Below, piece by piece: positions 12,816 through 26,545 of a stretch of 64,000 nt of DNA. The number at the start of each line of letters is the position of its first letter. Position 1 is the first letter of the stretch. Below the pieces are notes generated by a model. It worked only from the letters and a program-made list of their open reading frames with translations. It made no database searches and was not told the origin of the DNA. Origin of the DNA: Lama glama (lineage: Eukaryota); contig CM052817.1 of assembly GCA_028534125.1 (NCBI GenBank), positions 94,366,001 to 94,430,000 on the forward strand, written 5' to 3'. The position numbers were made by a program, and so were the translations under genes.

Positions 12816-12941
12816 CTTGATGTGTAGAGCAGATGACTGTGAGTTCTTGGCTTGCATCTCCCGACCGTCTTACAGGAATCAAAAGCTCCCCGACATCCTC
12901 CTCTATTTTGTATTCTGCCTCTGGAATATAAACTGTTGACT
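12816..12941 (-). CDS. FREM3: FREM3 exon 5 (126 nt): [42 protein letters not shown]; start of Calx-beta 2
   Basis: Translated by hand (not in the ORF track). Acceptor CTTTCCTAG|AG, donor CAAG|GTATGA. Phase 1-1; bridges exons 4 and 6 in frame. Confidence 0.94.
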
Positions 12942-15571
12942 CTAGGAAAGATGGAAGAAGATTTTTCAGCAAGACTTCAATTTGACTGGCAATACTGGTG
13001 GTATTTCATCCAAGCAGAAATGCACATAATCTTTGACCCCTATATTTTCCAATATGACTAACTATATGAAATATAGTAAGAATAGGAAATATTTATCATT
13101 AAGTGGAACTGGAGAGGCAGTGGAATTGAGTTTAGGAGACCCCTTTGGAAAGGTTAAAAAGATTATCTAGCACTAAAATGGAAAGAGAAATCACAGAATT
13201 TTGTTGCCTTTTTTTTTTTTTGAGGTCACATTTTAGGTCTTCTAAATGAAGTTCACAGATTTCTGCCCTTCTTTCACTTTTAGTGCTTTTTTAATGCTTT
13301 TAACAATCAGATAATCTAATTCATTACCATAAAAATATTTTTTCCTGCTTTATTCAAGAAACATTTGATTCAACATTTATTGAGCAGATACCGTGTGTGA
13401 GATACAGGGCTGACTACTTAATATGCTGAGAAAAATAAGATAGTCATCCTGCCCTTAATTCTTAAAATGATATTCCCACTGACATTTACGTGTGTGTGTG
13501 TGTATGTACTTCTGTTATATTACTGTTCTCTGCTATGCAGTTTGGATAACTGTACACATATACATCATCAGAGCAGTCACTAAAATATGAATAGGAATAC
13601 TGGTCATCTCTTGTTGATGGAATTACATGCACTATTTTTCTTTGGACTTTTCAGTGTTTTCCAAGGCTTTTCATTAAGCATGCATTCTGTAGTTAAAATA
13701 TATGTGTTGGTTTAAAAAATAAAATTTTGAGGTAGGTTGTTCCTACTCAGTCAAGTGGAGACTCTCAGAGCTCTCCTCCACATCATCTATACACAAAGAT
13801 TCCTCCTCTTGGTGATGGGAGCAAGAAGGAAAAGTATTGTAGGAGGCCATCCTTTCTTCTTTTGGAACTATTACTAAGTGATAACTCAAATTCAACGTTG
13901 AATTATCTAGTTATCATATGTTAAATCTTTTTCTTCTTTCTTTTCCTGCCTAAATTGGTTCCAACAAGTACTGCTCTCAGTCTCTAGGAAAATACCGGCC
14001 CCAAGTTACAGAGGAGGAAGACCAGTGATAATTTTCTTTCTGGCACTTTACTTAGCTATGGTAGTCTACTGTCTGCACATCTCTCGATTCAAAAGGTTGT
14101 CATCGGGGAAGAAGCTAAAAGTAAATTAAAGTTATTACTGTCTTGCTATAAAAATAGATACATTAGGATGAAGTTATTCAGTCACATGCTCTATTTTCTC
14201 ATTCTGGAAGATCTGTTTGCATCTAACTACACATCCAAAGCCCATTGTATTCTTCAAGACTAGCTCAAATCCTGCCTCAAATCCAAAAAGCTTCACTGCT
14301 TAGAATGATGGTGATCTCTCTACTTTCTTACCTCAGAACTCTTACTGTTTTTGCCATGTGCCCTCACATTTGGCTTTCCTGATGGATTCGTGGGTCTAAG
14401 TGTTGTTATCAACAAAATGGATCAGATACCTAGTTCGTTGGGTGGTGTGGGCTGTGTTTTCTATTTTTGTCTGCTGGAGAGCAAGACCCATAGAACAGTA
14501 TTTCTCAAATTGTGTTTCAAGAAAACTAGAACTCAGAGATTTTAAAGGATATTCTCTGGGGACAACAAATTAAAAAAAAAAAAGGTCTATAGTCTAGTTT
14601 GGGAAAACTGGTTAAATAAAGTTAAACAGGTTTCTTTATAGGAAGGTTTCTCAGAAACCTTGTAGGCAATGTGAATTATGATGCTTCAAAACAGGGGAGT
14701 TACTTGAAAAGTTTCTTAGGCTTATTTGGGCCATGTAAAGTTTTCTAATTCTGCTGTAGAAATTCTATTATATTACAGCTTCTGTTATGCAGTTTGGGGC
14801 ACGTTAATACAGAGGATTCTTCGTAGATCCTTGTGGCATTTTCCTAAGACTTCCTGAGAGTGAAGTCATGTACTTCTGGGCAATACTTGAATCACTTCAA
14901 CTATCTTGATAATTAATGTGTCTAATTAAAATTCATATAAGAATGCTAAAATCTTCTTTAAAGGACTATTGTTCTACTTTCCCAAAAAGGGGGAGCACAT
15001 AGCACAATCACTGGCTAAAGTTTCTTTTTTTTTTCCCCTTTTTAATTTCCCTGAGGAGAAATTTGCTGAATGAATGAACCAATCAGTGAGTGGAATGAAC
15101 TGATGAATTCAAGAATATGATGCACAACTCTAACAGAACTTTGTGGAACACATGCTAAAATTAATGAGTTGGCTGGTTCTCAGAGGCCACATCTAGGGCA
15201 AGGGATATACGAGGTCCCCACCTGATCTGGTGGGGAGCTTCCAGAAAACTGTGAGAAGATGGTGGGCCTGGAATGAGCCCATTTGGGGGCAAAGCTGCGC
15301 CATATAGAGTGTGCGGAGAACTAACGAGGAGGACTTAGGCATTTGTTAAAGGAAGGTTGGCAAAGTCCTGTCTATTTCAATTTTCTATATCCCTTTTCAA
15401 AAACCCTACAAACAAAGGAAGAATTACTGCCTTGAGATGATTTACCTAGCTTTAAATCTTGAATGGTATGAACATGTCCAGTGGCTTATGGAGCCTGGGG
15501 GAGCTAAAAAGGCCTGAAATGGACCCGGAGCCCATCCTGGTTAATAGATCATATCAATAGGAGCCACATAC

Positions 15572-15802
15572 CATCTTCAGGGTCCACAATTTCAACAGTT
15601 GCCATTTCTGGAAACTCCAGTGCAGCCAAGATAGGGTTCGTCAGAATGATCTGGAAGGTCTCTGAAGCTTCGTATTCCTTGTCAGATAGAATTCTCACTC
15701 TCCACGTGGCTGTAGTCTGTCCAGGATTGAATTGTACCCGTGTCTCAGCCTTTTGTTTAAAATCTTTACCTTCTTTTGCAGTTTCTTCTTTGGTTACAAT
15801 GC
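15572..15802 (-). CDS. FREM3: FREM3 exon 4 (231 nt): [15 protein letters not shown]...VEIVDPED; remainder of Calx-beta 1
   Basis: Acceptor TTGTTTAG|GC, donor GATG|GTATGT. Phase 1-1; TA..G.DF, F.PGQT and D..YE..ETF Calx-beta motifs. Confidence 0.95.
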
Positions 15803-15944
15803 CTAAACAAAAATCAGGGACTATAAATATAAAGCCAAGTGACTGAAGAAGAGATGTTCCTTCACAGTGGATTCTATTGTTGATGAAAAGCAAATAACAC
15901 AGAAATTGCTTCTTTTAATGTTCCCAGAAGATACTTATAAGCTT

Positions 15945-16430
15945 TGTTTTTCAATTGAAGTACAGCTGATTTACAATATTGTGTTAGCTTCAGGTGTACA
16001 GCAAAATGATTCAGTTTTTTTATATATATAAATAACTTTCTATATAAATAAATATATATAATTCAATTATTTTCCATTATAGGCTATTATAAGATATTGA
16101 ATACAGTTCCCTTTGTTATGCAGTAAATCCTTATTGTTTATCTATTTTATATATAGTAGTTTGTATCTGTTAATCGCTTACTCCTAATTTATCCCACCCA
16201 ACACTGTCCCCTTGGATAACCATAAGTTTGTTTTCTATGTCTGTGAATCTGTTTCTGTTTTGTATATAGACACATTTGTACTATTTTTTTATATTCTACA
16301 TATAAGTGATATCATATAATATTTGTCTTTCTCTGTCTGACTTACTCCATTAAGTATAATATTCCCTAGTTCTACCCATGTTGCTACAAATGGCATTATT
16401 TCATTCTTTTTTATGGCTGAGTAATATTCC

Positions 16431-16510
<80 letters not shown>

Positions 16511-16612
16511 ACAGCTTCTTAAGCCAATCATCTATTGTGTTGTTTCTATGTCTTGGCTGCTTTAAAAAGTGTTGTGATGAACATTGGAGTACATGCATCT
16601 TTTTGAATTAGA
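15945..16612 (-). mobile_element. L1 3' fragment containing a compound microsatellite
   Basis: Reverse-complement L1 3'UTR/ORF2 end (minus-strand ORF ...MEYYSAIKKNEIMPF...). Confidence 0.9.
16433..16508. repeat. (TA)23(CA)15 compound microsatellite
   Basis: Counted directly from the sequence. Confidence 0.95.
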
Positions 16613-17710
16613 GTTATAAACTCTACTTTTGGCTTAGACAATGTATCTAAGCAGAGGGGCATGAAAGTGAGAGGAAAGCGGGGAAGGAGGAGTGACAGAA
16701 GAGAGAGGACAGAGAACTCTTCAAATGTTCACTGAGGGCATTTGATGTGCCAAGCTCTGCCAGGTGCTCGGGATTCAGAGGTGAGTAAGAAACTGTTCCA
16801 GCTCCAGAAAGCTCAGAGCCTAAGGGAGAAGATGCTAGAATGCAAACCCCATGGAGGCAGAGACCTTTGGCTGTTTGGTTCACTGATGGACTCTGAGTGA
16901 TTACAACGGTGCCTGGCATGGAGTAGGGAGTCAGTAAGTATTTTTTGAGTAAATATTTTGTATCTGATCATTTCAATTTCTGCAGCCTCTGGAAGAATAA
17001 TTCTAGGGTATTTTCCTCATGCAGATCTTTAGTCACAGTGGCTTGATTTTTTAAAAATGTGTTTACTGATTTTTGATGGTGAGAGATTGTTAGTAATTTT
17101 CCAGACAAATAAGACACCGTTGGTGGGAACAGACAGATGGGTATAGATTTGAATACTGTTAGGAAATAGGAAGCAGCAATGTACTGAAGGAACTGAACAA
17201 CAACGAAACAGTGTTAAAAATACCCAGTGTGAGATACAAGGGTGGAAGGTACTAGCCCATCAAAACTGAACCAATCCTCCCCTCTCCAGGGAGTGTTCAG
17301 CATTCTAGTATTGTTTGGTTTTGATTTATCATCCCAATGAACACCTAACGGAGCATGGATACCCGGGTTTCATTATAAGGTTTAGACTCTGCAGTTGTTT
17401 GAATGTGTGAAATCAACTATTATGGCCTGACACCAGCTATTGTGAAAGGCTTTATATAAAATGAGATTCAGAGCCCCTTGTGCCATTTCTGGTCTCATTC
17501 TTAGAGAATCTGACATCATGTAAAAGATGCCCAAAGCTCTAAAGCATGAAAATAATTTCCAGGATAGAAGAGCTAGCATTGACTTTTCAAAACTGCTGAA
17601 GAAAGCCTTAATACTAGTTTGGCAACTGAGAATGGATGTTCAATTTGGAAGAGCCTCCCTGTTGACATGGAAAAGATAAGGAAGAGGAAGGTGTGTCCTC
17701 AGCCACAGTT

Positions 17711-18386
17711 ATTTATTTATTTTTAAAATTGAAGCATAGTAGCTGTTACAGGTGTACAATATAGTGATTCGCAATTTTTAAATGTTATACTCCATTTATA
17801 GTGATTATAAAATATTTGCTAAATTCCCCATGTTGTACAGTATATCCTTGTAGCTTATTTTGTACCTAATAGCTTGTATCTCTTAATCCCCTTCCCCTAC
17901 CGTGCCCTTCCCCCCTCCCCTCTCCTTGCTGATCACCACTAGTTTGTTCTCTGTATCTGTGAGTCTGCTGCTTTTTTGTTATATTTACTAGTTTGTTGTA
18001 TTTTTTAGATTCTCCATGTAAGTGATATTATACAGTATTTGTCTTTCTCTGACTTACTTCACTTAGTGTGATGTCCATGTTGCTGCAAATGGCAAACTTT
18101 CATTCTTTTTTGTGACTAATGTTCCCTTGTGTGTATGCATATGTGTATATGTATATATATAATATATATATGGCATCTTCTTTATCCATTCATCTGTTGA
18201 TGGACACTTAAGTTGCTTATGTACCTTGGCAATTATTAACAACGCTGCTATGAACATTGGGGTGCATGTGTCTTTTCTAATTAGTGTCTTTGTTTTCTCA
18301 GACATATACCCAGGGGTGCAATCGCTGGGTCATATGGTAGTTCTAGTTTTAGTTTTTTGAGAACCCTCCATATTGTTTCCCACAGT
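17711..18386 (-). mobile_element. L1 3' fragment
   Basis: ORF2-end remnant (KDTCTPMFIAAL...CPSTDEWIKK). Diverged TSD ctcagccacagtt / ctcggcaacagtt. Confidence 0.88.
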
Positions 18387-18611
18387 GCTCGGCAACAGTT
18401 TAAGTAGAGCTAGGTGGCACTGGTATATAAATTGTGCAGGCAAGTGGCCATTAATTTTTGGTGACTACCGGCTCTGCGCGAGGTGCTGAGGCTGTAATGC
18501 TGGACTAGGTACAGCCACCACTACCCCTGAGGGGTTTGCAAGTCTTTGGGGGAGAGAAACAGGTGATTTCAGTTCTGTTGGATGAGAGCAGTGAAATACT
18601 AGTGGTCGTTC

Positions 18612-18790
18612 ACATTTATTGAGTATTCATTGTGTGCTAGGGACTCGGCTAGATTTGATTTATACTCGTTATCACATTTAATCCACAAATAAATCTTGAG
18701 ATGGATACTTTACAGATGAGGAAATTGAAGGTCATTAGTGTGTCACAAAAACCAGAGTACATATCTGAGCAAGAGTCCAAATCCCACAGT
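18612..18790 (-). mobile_element. MIR
   Basis: acatttattgag...catttaatcc...ttacagatgaggaaattgaagg matches the MIR core in reverse. Confidence 0.7.
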
Positions 18791-20358
18791 TGTTCTGTCT
18801 TGTCTTGTTTTCTCCTAGATCCTGTGCTTGGACTACTAACCCCGGCATGGGCTGGGGAGAGGCGGGAGGGAGGGCTTCCCGGAGCACTGAGTAAGGTATT
18901 TTGTAGATACTGCGATGTTGCTGTGGTTTTAAGTAATATTTTATAGAATGAAAGAGCTGACTGTAGTTCACATAACAATAAATATTGCTTGACTATAATA
19001 TGCCCCACGCTGTTTTGGGGGGTTGGCCATGACCCAGGATGTATTTCCTGCCCTTATGGAGCTGGAAATCTACCGAGGAAGACAGGCAGTGGACAGACGG
19101 ACATATGATGCGTATCAGGGATGGCGAATGCCATGGAGAAACAATAAAGCGGGGCACGGGGAGAGGGCACACGGGGGTGCTGGCTCAGATGAGGAGGTCC
19201 GGGGCCACCTCCCTGAGGAGGTTAGTTACTCTACAAGCATCCAGACGGTTCTGGGCAGAGAGACAGTTTTTTTCCCTGAGCCAGGCAGTATATGAAAATA
19301 CTCAACATAATAACCCAAATCTTTGCCCATGAGAAATTCCCAAGATAAAGAATCGTGGACACAGAACCTCCCAAGAAGAAAGAGGCCATGTTTCAGCTGA
19401 AGTTCCTGACAGCAAGTTCCACTGTGTGTTGATAAAGTGACCTGCGGGTAGACGGAGGCTGAGGGTCGCGTGGGAATCAGGGTGTTCTCTGGCTGGCCTC
19501 TTCTCCTAGGGGAACAGTCCTGACTCAGAGGCCCTGAGCCTGGAGAGGAGATGGGGAAAAGCATGCCTTTCCTTGATTGTCTGTTCCCAGCCATCTCTTT
19601 CCTGGCTTCTCTCCAACAGCCCTGATAAGTTGGCAGGACTCTGGACCCCAAATATCTGATAAACTCAAAATGCTCATTTGTAAAATGAAGATAACACGCT
19701 GCTATCTGTCTTCACAACAGATTATGAAAATAATGGCAAAATGATGAGTTCTGGCAGCTAAAAATGTTATAGAAATGAAATGCATTATTAGAGCAATTAT
19801 CACTGATTATTAAAGATGCGAATGAGATGTATTATGTAGGCATTACGTATCTGTTTACCCCAAAGATGCACAGTTTTTTGTAGAACATAGAAACATTTCC
19901 CACTGTTCATATCTTGGAGGAATTTATAACCTAATAGCAGGGTTAAAAAAATTACACATTATCAAAAGAAAGAGCTGCAAATAACACAATAATAGGTCAT
20001 GTACTCAAATAATTTTTCAAAAGAAACAGCTAGAAATAAGCACAATAATGTGTTATACGCTTAAAAGCAATTTTGAAAGAAACTGAGTGATGGCTATGAA
20101 ATGTTTTAATTTTCCTGTAGTCCTTTGAGTTGAAAAGAAAAAGAAAGGGGAAAATAGAGACAGAGGATAAAAAATTGCTGTATATAAGCCTGTAATTCAC
20201 ATGGCATGAAAACCATGGCAAAATTTCACACACATTTTTTTCAGAAGTTTTCTCCAATCCATTTTTGATTCTGTTTCAATCCATTCTCTTACAGTAATCT
20301 TTAAGCCTAAATTTCATGTTTCCGTTACCTTTTGCCAACAACCCGTCCAGTTACTTAC

Positions 20359-20505
20359 TGATAAAAGATGTTTCTCCGAGATACCCTCTGCGTGTGAGGG
20401 TCACTTCCAAGACCATGGAGTCCTCATCCACGATGTAGTACTCTCTCTCCAAAGCGATCCAAGCCCAGTAGAGACGGAAACGTTGATTTGTTCGCTTATT
20501 TCCTC
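20359..20505 (-). CDS. FREM3: FREM3 exon 3 (147 nt): [49 protein letters not shown]; start of Calx-beta 1
   Basis: Acceptor TTATAG|GA, donor ATCA|GTAAGT. Phase 1-1; Calx-beta N-terminal motif. Confidence 0.94.
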
Positions 20506-23222
20506 CTATAATTGACGGGGATAAAAAAGATGGATAAAATGAGTGACTGGGGTTTGTACTTTGCTTCTGAAACCAAGGGTTTTTTAAAATAAGGCCTCTG
20601 CTGACGGTCAACCTGGCCCCTTACTGGGGCTGTGTACTATGAACAAATTGGAAGAAAGAGCAGAGCTGGGCGTGCTTGAAGCTGCAAAGAGCCACTCGTA
20701 AAAGGATGTTCATATAGGACTCTGACTCAGTTTCAGATAGGCCAATGTAATAGATATCAGACACCAGAGTGAGCCCAGGACAGATCATTGTGTGCAAAGC
20801 TTACAGCAGAAAGCTTTCCTGACCGGTTCCACTACTACTGAACCCCTACGTCAGATCAAGCTTATCCAAAGGGGGCAGAGTGTGGCAAGAAAGGAGGATT
20901 TGTGAGGTGAGTAATTTAGGAAAAGCTGGCGCACTGGGGGCAATCTCTGCCACCACCCGAGAAGGCTGTGGGCATCAGGTGGGCCTGCCATCTTCATCCC
21001 CAGCCTGGTGGGAGTGGGCTTCAGTGAACCTCTTGGAGAGCTGACATGTCCTGCTGCATACATGACTAAGGCGTTCCTGAAAAATCTTAAGTGGTCTAGG
21101 CAGGGAGAGAGAGTAGACAGGGCTACATTTGGAAAGTACTGGGGGGAAAAGCATCCCAGAGAGGAGGAGAAAGAAAGCAGGTGTGTGGACCAGAGGTGGT
21201 CATCCTCCCAATAGGGCCGATGAAGAAGGCAATGGAATCTCAGCAGAAAGGAAGCTGGACACTGACCTCCAGATTCCACGGGCTGGAAAGGAGGAAAGAG
21301 AAAAAGGACTGCAGGTGAGGGAGCTCCAGCAACAGGAATCTTCAAGGAACTCATGAAAATAACAACTAAAGAAAGTGTGTCCTTTAAATAGCTGCCACCC
21401 AGGTGCCCTGGCATCCGATGGCAATGACACTTCCCATACCAGACTGTGCTCTATCCCCCATCCCTTCACTCTCTGGGGTCAACCCTGAAAGGGCAAAGCC
21501 TTGCTAGGAGGCTGGAAGAACCACGGGCATGGACAGAGCAGAAGTTGGTCCCTGTCCCTCCTCCCCCCACCCCTGCTTCCTTTCTGCCCCTCCCCACCTC
21601 CATATCAAAAGTTCTGGTCCATAGCTATAGAGAAGGCTTAACACAGAACAAGTTCTGAGATTTGGTTATTCCTTGGGAATTCCAGTGACCAGATTGACAC
21701 TGTGTTTTTGATTTAATATGACTGTAAGATGTTTTTATCTGAGACTCGTCAGAAAAGTTATGTAACCTGCCCAAGTCCTTCCTCCCAACCACCACCATTG
21801 AATAAATGTTAAAAGGACATACAACTAAAATTATAATTTCATTACGTCACCAGTCATGCTCATTTGGCATACCAGGACCTCACTGATGGGTGCAAATTTC
21901 AAACTTCATGTTTACTCTCCATCTGTCTTCTCTCTCTCTTTATAGATCACATAATTAATATTATTGTTGATATCCTAATATAGACAAATGTAAAACAAAT
22001 ATCCCAGAAATCCTTCTATGCAATTAGAAATGAGATTGGTCTTGTTTCCAGTTTGAAACCACTTTAATTCTTCATGTATATAGTCCTTTGAATTTTGAAA
22101 TCCTGAGTCAAAATTATACTGTATGTTTACTTTTTCTTTTGTGTCTTTTTCAAACTTCTTTCCCATCCTCTTTATTCTATTCTGACAATCACACTACAGA
22201 GTAGAGCAAATAGTAGTCTCTCTGTATAACTAGATGAGCCATTTTGGGCTGTTGAAGTACCCTGACCAGGTCCACACAGGGTAGTGGTGGCCCTGACCAG
22301 ACCCCAGTTCTGTGACTTCTGACCAGGGCTCTGTGTCTGACTCTGAGCCGCCACTGTGATGAGTCGTGGATCAATGCAACTTAAAAACTTCACAAGGAAA
22401 CTGGGCAGAATCTTTCACAGTTCAGATCCTCTGAATCAAAACATGCATAATAAAAAAGGCTCAGAAATAAAGACAGAAACACGTTCCCACCCCAAATGTA
22501 GCTAATTTGTCATCGAATGGTTAAGAGCATGGTCTCTGGAGATAGATGGCCCCAGATCTGGCTCTGCCACTGACCACCCACGTTACAACGAGGAAATGAC
22601 GGTGCCTCCTGAGCAAGGATGCCTGGCTTTTCTGAAGTCAGGGAACACTGAGGGGGAAAAGGGGTGAAGACTGTGACTGCGCCCTCTCCAGGTGGAGGCC
22701 AGAGAGTGCTGCTTCGGCCTTGGCTGTGCCCCCCACAGGCTTTAGCCGGGATCACTGCACAGGCACATCTCCCCCCATGCCCCCTCCCTGCCCCTATCCC
22801 CCTTCATCAGCAGGCAGCCAGCTGATGCATTAGCAGCTACATTCCATGTATGAGAGGTGGTTTAAGGTGTAATGAATAAGAGTAAAGATTCTGGATTGTA
22901 TGAAAATTCAATTTACATAAGTCAAGGACATTGTGTAGCTGATGCTATGTATGTACTTCAAGAGAGAGTAACTGTTGAAAAGACAGAGAATTAAACTTTG
23001 AGGACAGTTACATTTGGGAGCCAGTGAAGGGAAAACAGGTAACGGAATAGAAAATAAGCAGCGTTTGAGTTAGTTTTATCACAATGTGGAAGTCTGGTGT
23101 AAAACTATCTAGAAGTCAAAAAAAGAATATTTTCAAACATAAGTATAATCTTTCTATCAATGGATAACACTTTGTTTTTCCTACAGCAAACTGGCATAAC
23201 TATTATTTGTTAAACTCTAGGG

Positions 23223-23454
23223 CAGGGGTGTTCAACCTCATTGCTACTGACATTTGGGTTGGATAATTCTTTGTCATAAGGGGCTGTCCTGTGCATTGTA
23301 GGATGTTCAGCATCTGGCCTCGCTCCCTACTAAATACCAGTGGCAGTCCCTCCCAGCTGTCCCTCCTTCCTCCAAGTTGTGACAATAAAAAATATCTCTG
23401 GATGTTGCCAAATGTTCTTCAGGGAGAAGAATCATCTCTGGTCGAGAACCACTG
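23223..23454 (-). mobile_element. Near full-length MER20 (hAT-Charlie)
   Basis: Ends cagggg..ttcaacc and gagaaccactg; internal ggataattctttg...gggctgtcctgtgcattgtaggatg and gttgtgacaa. Confidence 0.85.
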
Positions 23455-26248
23455 GTGTAAATGAAGTTAAAGGATTTTATTGCATCTCTGATAAAAATCT
23501 CTGTTTCACACTTCTTTTGTGTTTTGGGAAAAGAATGAAAGAAAGTTTGAATTTGAATAATCAAACACTCCCCATTGATTTTAGAAGGTAGCCTGAGCAC
23601 TGCCTAAGTTAGTCTGAGGAAAACGAGAAGGATACAATATTAAGTACATTTAAATAATTTTTCCTGTGGAGAGAAAAATCAGAGTTTACAAGCTGGGGAC
23701 AAGAGCTATTTAGTGGAGTCTGACTTACTGTCACCCTTTTTCTGGGCAGGATTCTGAAGGGGAAGCATCAGGTTGTCTGGTTCAGAAGGGAAGACCTGAG
23801 GCTCTGTCTTCTCACACATTATCTCAGTGCCTTTGTCCAGTCCCTCCAGCTCTGTTCCCTCCTCTGTAAAATGGCGTTAAGGACAGAAGGAAATGAAGCA
23901 TGGTGTGTGAGATGCCTTGTAGGTAGGGGAGTGTGGGCGAGTGTGACTTTTATAGCTTAAGCTATTATTGTTAAGTGCCCTATTTTCCTTCATGTAAAAG
24001 AAGAATCAACTTAAAAAAAAACTGTAGAACAAAATTGATGTCCTAATGTTCTAAAAAAAGAGCATGAAAACATAATCAGAGAGACGGACAAAGAAGGACC
24101 AACATGCACCAAATATCTGTATGTGCCAGGCACTGGGCGAGGCAGTATAATCTGCCTAAAAAAGAAGCCATAGAAAGATAAAAAGGGAAGGCAAAGAAGA
24201 TGGCAGAGACCAGAGTCAGGGAGGAGACACTGACAGGGCCAGGTAGGACGAGGAAAGAGTCTGAGTGTACAAAAAGGTAGATTTTGGAATAGGAATGACT
24301 GAGAAAGCAACTATTGCAGTAATAATGAAGAAAAACACCCAACTGCAGAATTTCTAATTTATCAAATTTAAAGGGCATAATGCATTTATAGTTCACAATT
24401 ACATCCCATTAGGTGAAAAAAAATAGAAAAAAATATACCAAGTATTTTATCCAAATACAGTATTCAGGAAGATTTAATTTTGATGCAAATTATTTACTAA
24501 TTCTAGTTACCATCTCTTCTTCTAAAAACACAATAATTTAAAAATTGAAAATAAAAATTTAAAACAAAAAAGATTATATACTGCTAAAGACGATTTTGAA
24601 AACACATCTAATAAATGCTGATGCTCAGTTAGGTAAAATAAAATACTGAATGGTAAAGCAGCAGCCATTGTCAAGTGTCAAATGGTTTCTGACCTTAAAC
24701 TTGGAAAAAGATTTAATAGGATATTTGATCTTAAATGTTTAATAATTACCCAATGAAAATGTAATAATATATATCCTTATGTTTTCTACTACTCCATGCC
24801 ATTATCAAATAGCTTTATTGTCATAAGCATTTAGCTTCCACAACTACTAGCATAATATAACTTGATAATGTATTTGAATTCCATAAGCACCTATTCATCA
24901 TGCATTTGGAAACAGTACCCATGAGTAACAGTTGTCACTCAGTGTCAGTTAATGTCATTAGTCAATTGGAAAGTGTTCATAGTGCCTTATGGTGAGGAAA
25001 TGTGCTACTCTGACTTCTGGCTCGATGTGCAGAACTCCAGCTGCATGTCTACAGATTATAAAATAATGTTTCTTCTTCAATAGTTATAAATTCAGAGAAA
25101 AGTATGTAACTTGAGATAGAAGAATTAGCAAATTGGGTAAGAGAAAAAGTCAAATTGTCTATCAGATGGATCTCTGTTTTCTTTCCCCTAGCTGTCTCCC
25201 TTTGATCTTGGAGTTGTGGGTAGCAATTTCAAAAATGTGCTCTGTTAGGTGACATAGGCCACATCCCCTTTCAGCACAAGGATATTTATTATTCCACTCC
25301 CAGTTCTTTGGTGTCATTCACTTCTGTTCAGTGATTCCTTGGCCTGCCTGATTCTCTCCCTTCAGGGCCTCAGTGGCTATTCACATCCCCAGGCTGGGAA
25401 GGAGAGCTGACTCCTCTGGGAGTTTCCAACCCCAAAGGTTCCCGTCCATTTTCTTCTTGAGGAACAACGGGCTGTTTTGTGAAAACTCCCAGCTGGTTTC
25501 CCAGAAACAGGTGGGTGGGAACCCAGAGCAAACAGATAAGATACCTGTAGTCATTTCTCTTGTAGTGTGTCCTCTTAAGCTACGGCAATGCTATCTCCCC
25601 TGCAATGTTTCTAAATCCACTTCTGCAATCTTTGGAAATGTGGGGTCAGGTAGGGGAGGGACAGCTCTTTGCCCTCACCAGGTGGGCAGGTGGGGGCAGC
25701 AGTGGGTGGCAGATTTTGTGTGGTTTAAAAAGAGGTGTTTGGGATATTTTGGAGATGCCCCCAAACTGTCTTGATGATGTATTTGCGTCTCCATTTTGAA
25801 GAAAACAAACCCAGCATATTACAGCTATGGATAACAACACAAGTTTCCATACCCTTTTCTTCCTTTTTAAAGTAGAGTTTTTCAATATAAACTCAGTGGA
25901 AGCAGTGCAAAAAAATAAAGAACACAAGTTTTTCTTACATTCTTTTATAAGCCTCAGTAGAGGCACCATATGTTGCTTTTGACACAAAATAAAATAACGT
26001 AAAAACTCTCAAAGCAAAACTTGAGAGAGTAATAATAATAATCATAATTAAAAAGATTGTATTAGCATAAGTTTACAACTAGTAGGGAAGTAGAAATACA
26101 CTAATTGCATGATCACATGCAGTGGGCATTTCTGTCTGGGAGTTGGGGTTCCATGCGGTTTAACTGGAAGGGAGAAACCATGTGCATTCTTACTTCTTCA
26201 GAGTGTAGAGGATTCAGGGAGGATGCGGACCATACTCTTCTTTCCAGA

Positions 26249-26296
26249 GAATGTAACACAATGTAATGTAATGCAATGCAATGTAACAAAATGTAA
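26249..26296. repeat. Degenerate (AATGT/AATGC)n pentamer repeat
   Basis: aatgtaacacaatgtaatgtaatgcaatgcaatgtaacaaaatgtaa. Confidence 0.75.
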
Positions 26297-26545
26297 GGGA
26301 GAAACTTCCTATTTGGAGATCAGATAATCATCCTCATTTTTGGAAACAATCTAGACAGATGCAGACAAAGTAACTGGGTCATTTCATGTACTGAACTAAA
26401 GAATCTTTTTCTCCATTTTTATCTCACTCTGTTTTCTTTTGCTTCCCCACTGGAGGGGTAAATCTACTTGATTACTGTGCTCTGGGGCCAGGATGCCAGG
26501 GCTCTCTGTTCCCTAAGCAATCTAGCAGTTTAAATAAATTGCCCA

